Shown here: positions 1 through 447 of the stretch, one piece after another
Layout of the letters: every line of letters begins with the position of its first letter
Numbering within the stretch: position 1 is the first letter of the stretch
NCBI RefSeq assembly: GCF_003334335.1
Contig: NZ_QOWQ01000189.1
Length of the DNA: 447 bases
Origin: Escherichia coli
GTDB lineage: Bacteria; Pseudomonadota; Gammaproteobacteria; Enterobacterales; Enterobacteriaceae
Strand: one strand, 5' to 3'
Position numbers and translations under genes: made by a program
Notes under the pieces: model-generated
Told to the model about the DNA's origin: nothing
Seen by the model: the letters and a program-made list of their open reading frames with translations, nothing else
Database searches by the model: none

Positions 1-152
1 ACCCACTGTGGAATGAGGCCAAAGTGCTGCGGCCAGAAGCTGATGCGCTGTTCATCAGGGACTATGGTGGCAACCAGCTGAGGCTGGTCATTCCCTGATG
101 CAGCGGTTACGGAAACAGAAGGAGTGGTGGAATTATGCAAGACGGTTGTCAT
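1..152 (-). CDS. Antirestriction protein, ArdB/KlcA/YfjX family; N-terminal 50 codons, 5'-partial in window (continues past position 1)
   Basis: ATG is the complement of 150-152, with an in-frame stop upstream (complement of 216-218) and no alternative ATG/GTG/TTG between them. An AAGGA Shine-Dalgarno (complement of 161-165) sits 8 nt upstream. The frame is open to the window edge. Translation: MTTVLHNSTTPSVSVTAASGNDQPQLVATIVPDEQRISFWPQHFGLIPQW. The VPDEQ-I-FWPQHFG-IPQW block matches my recollection of E. coli YfjX and the corresponding region of plasmid KlcA; this is recalled similarity, not a search result. Confidence 0.75.
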   Translation of the reverse strand, partial: MTTVLHNSTTPSVSVTAASGNDQPQLVATIVPDEQRISFWPQHFGLIPQW

Positions 153-160
153 GAGATTAT

Positions 161-165
161 TCCTT
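161..165 (-). promoter_or_regulatory. Shine-Dalgarno sequence (AAGGA) for the antirestriction CDS
   Basis: Minus-strand AAGGA followed by an 8-nt spacer (AUAAUCUC) and then the ATG at 152-150. Confidence 0.6.
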
Positions 166-243
166 ATAAAAAGTAAATGAATGGAAGAAATCCCGGGGGA
201 AGGGACAGACGTGAGTCAGAACTGCGCTTTCAGGGAAACGGCA

Positions 244-447
244 TCAGCGCATACTCTCCAGCAGCGTTTCAGCCATCACCCACAATGCGCGGTTGAGCTT
301 AATGTCGGTGTCGATGCTGTGAATGGCACGGGTATGGATACGTTTTCCTCTGGCACTGCGACCGGAAATCCCGCCTTTCAGCATATTCTCCTGAATGGTC
401 TGATAAGCACTCCACAGGTCCTTACCGTAATCCTCCCGGCGTCGTGG
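244..447 (-). CDS. Hypothetical protein, C-terminal 67 codons plus stop; 3'-partial in window (N-terminus lies beyond position 447); family not recognised
   Basis: Minus-strand frame is open from the window edge to TGA (complement of 244-246). Translation: PRRREDYGKDLWSAYQTIQENMLKGGISGRSARGKRIHTRAIHSIDTDIKLNRALWVMAETLLESMR*. The sequence is protein-like with mixed composition and a basic tract (GRSARGKRIHTR). It is in the same orientation as the downstream antirestriction gene, 91 bp upstream of it. The other two minus frames are interrupted by stops. Confidence 0.65.
   Translation of the reverse strand, partial: PRRREDYGKDLWSAYQTIQENMLKGGISGRSARGKRIHTRAIHSIDTDIKLNRALWVMAETLLESMR

Noticed and set aside
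3-98. Plus-strand ORF end in frame 3 (PLWNEAKVLRPEADALFIRDYGGNQLRLVIP*, stop TGA 96-98), open to the window start
   Set aside because: It lies entirely antisense to the minus-strand ORF, which has a clean ATG, an SD and a recognisable antirestriction motif. It is most likely a shadow ORF of that gene.
200-243. Search for a rho-independent terminator downstream of the upstream gene stop
   Set aside because: No GC-rich stem-loop followed by a U-tract was found on the minus strand in the spacer; transcriptional read-through into the antirestriction gene is more likely.
224-250. Short inverted repeat GCGCT(224-228) / AGCGC(246-250) with a 17-nt loop spanning the stop codon of the upstream gene
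   Set aside because: Only a 5-bp stem with a large loop and no following T-run on either strand, so it is not a credible intrinsic terminator or stable hairpin.
181-447. Plus-strand ORF in frame 1 from ATG 181 to the window end (89 codons, no stop)
   Set aside because: It is antisense to the minus-strand CDS 244-447. Its translation (MEEIPGEGTDVSQNCAFRETASAHTLQQRFSHHPQ...) is less protein-like, there is no SD before the ATG, and the minus-strand frame gives a clean stop and a co-directional arrangement with the downstream gene. An overlapping gene cannot be excluded without expression data.
1-447. Chi site (GCTGGTGG), CRISPR repeats, IS terminal inverted repeats, tRNA or rRNA-like structure
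   Set aside because: None found on either strand. GCTGGTCA at 83-90 resembles Chi but differs at two positions.

Overview
The window holds two co-directional genes on the minus strand, separated by a 91-bp spacer. The distal one (152->1, running off the window start) begins MTTVLHNSTTPSVSVTAASGNDQPQLVATIVPDEQRISFWPQHFGLIPQW. Its VPDEQRISFWPQHFGLIPQW segment matches, from memory, the conserved N-terminal block of ArdB/KlcA/YfjX-family antirestriction proteins of enterobacterial CP4-type prophages and plasmids. The proximal one (447->244, running off the window end, TGA stop at 244-246) is the last 67 codons of a protein I cannot assign to a family; it has a strongly basic C-terminal region. 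No rRNA, tRNA, CRISPR array, IS end or intrinsic terminator is visible. The context looks like a horizontally acquired island, and the most interesting element is the unassigned gene immediately upstream of, and probably co-transcribed with, the antirestriction gene. All family assignments are recalled, not searched, and need database confirmation.
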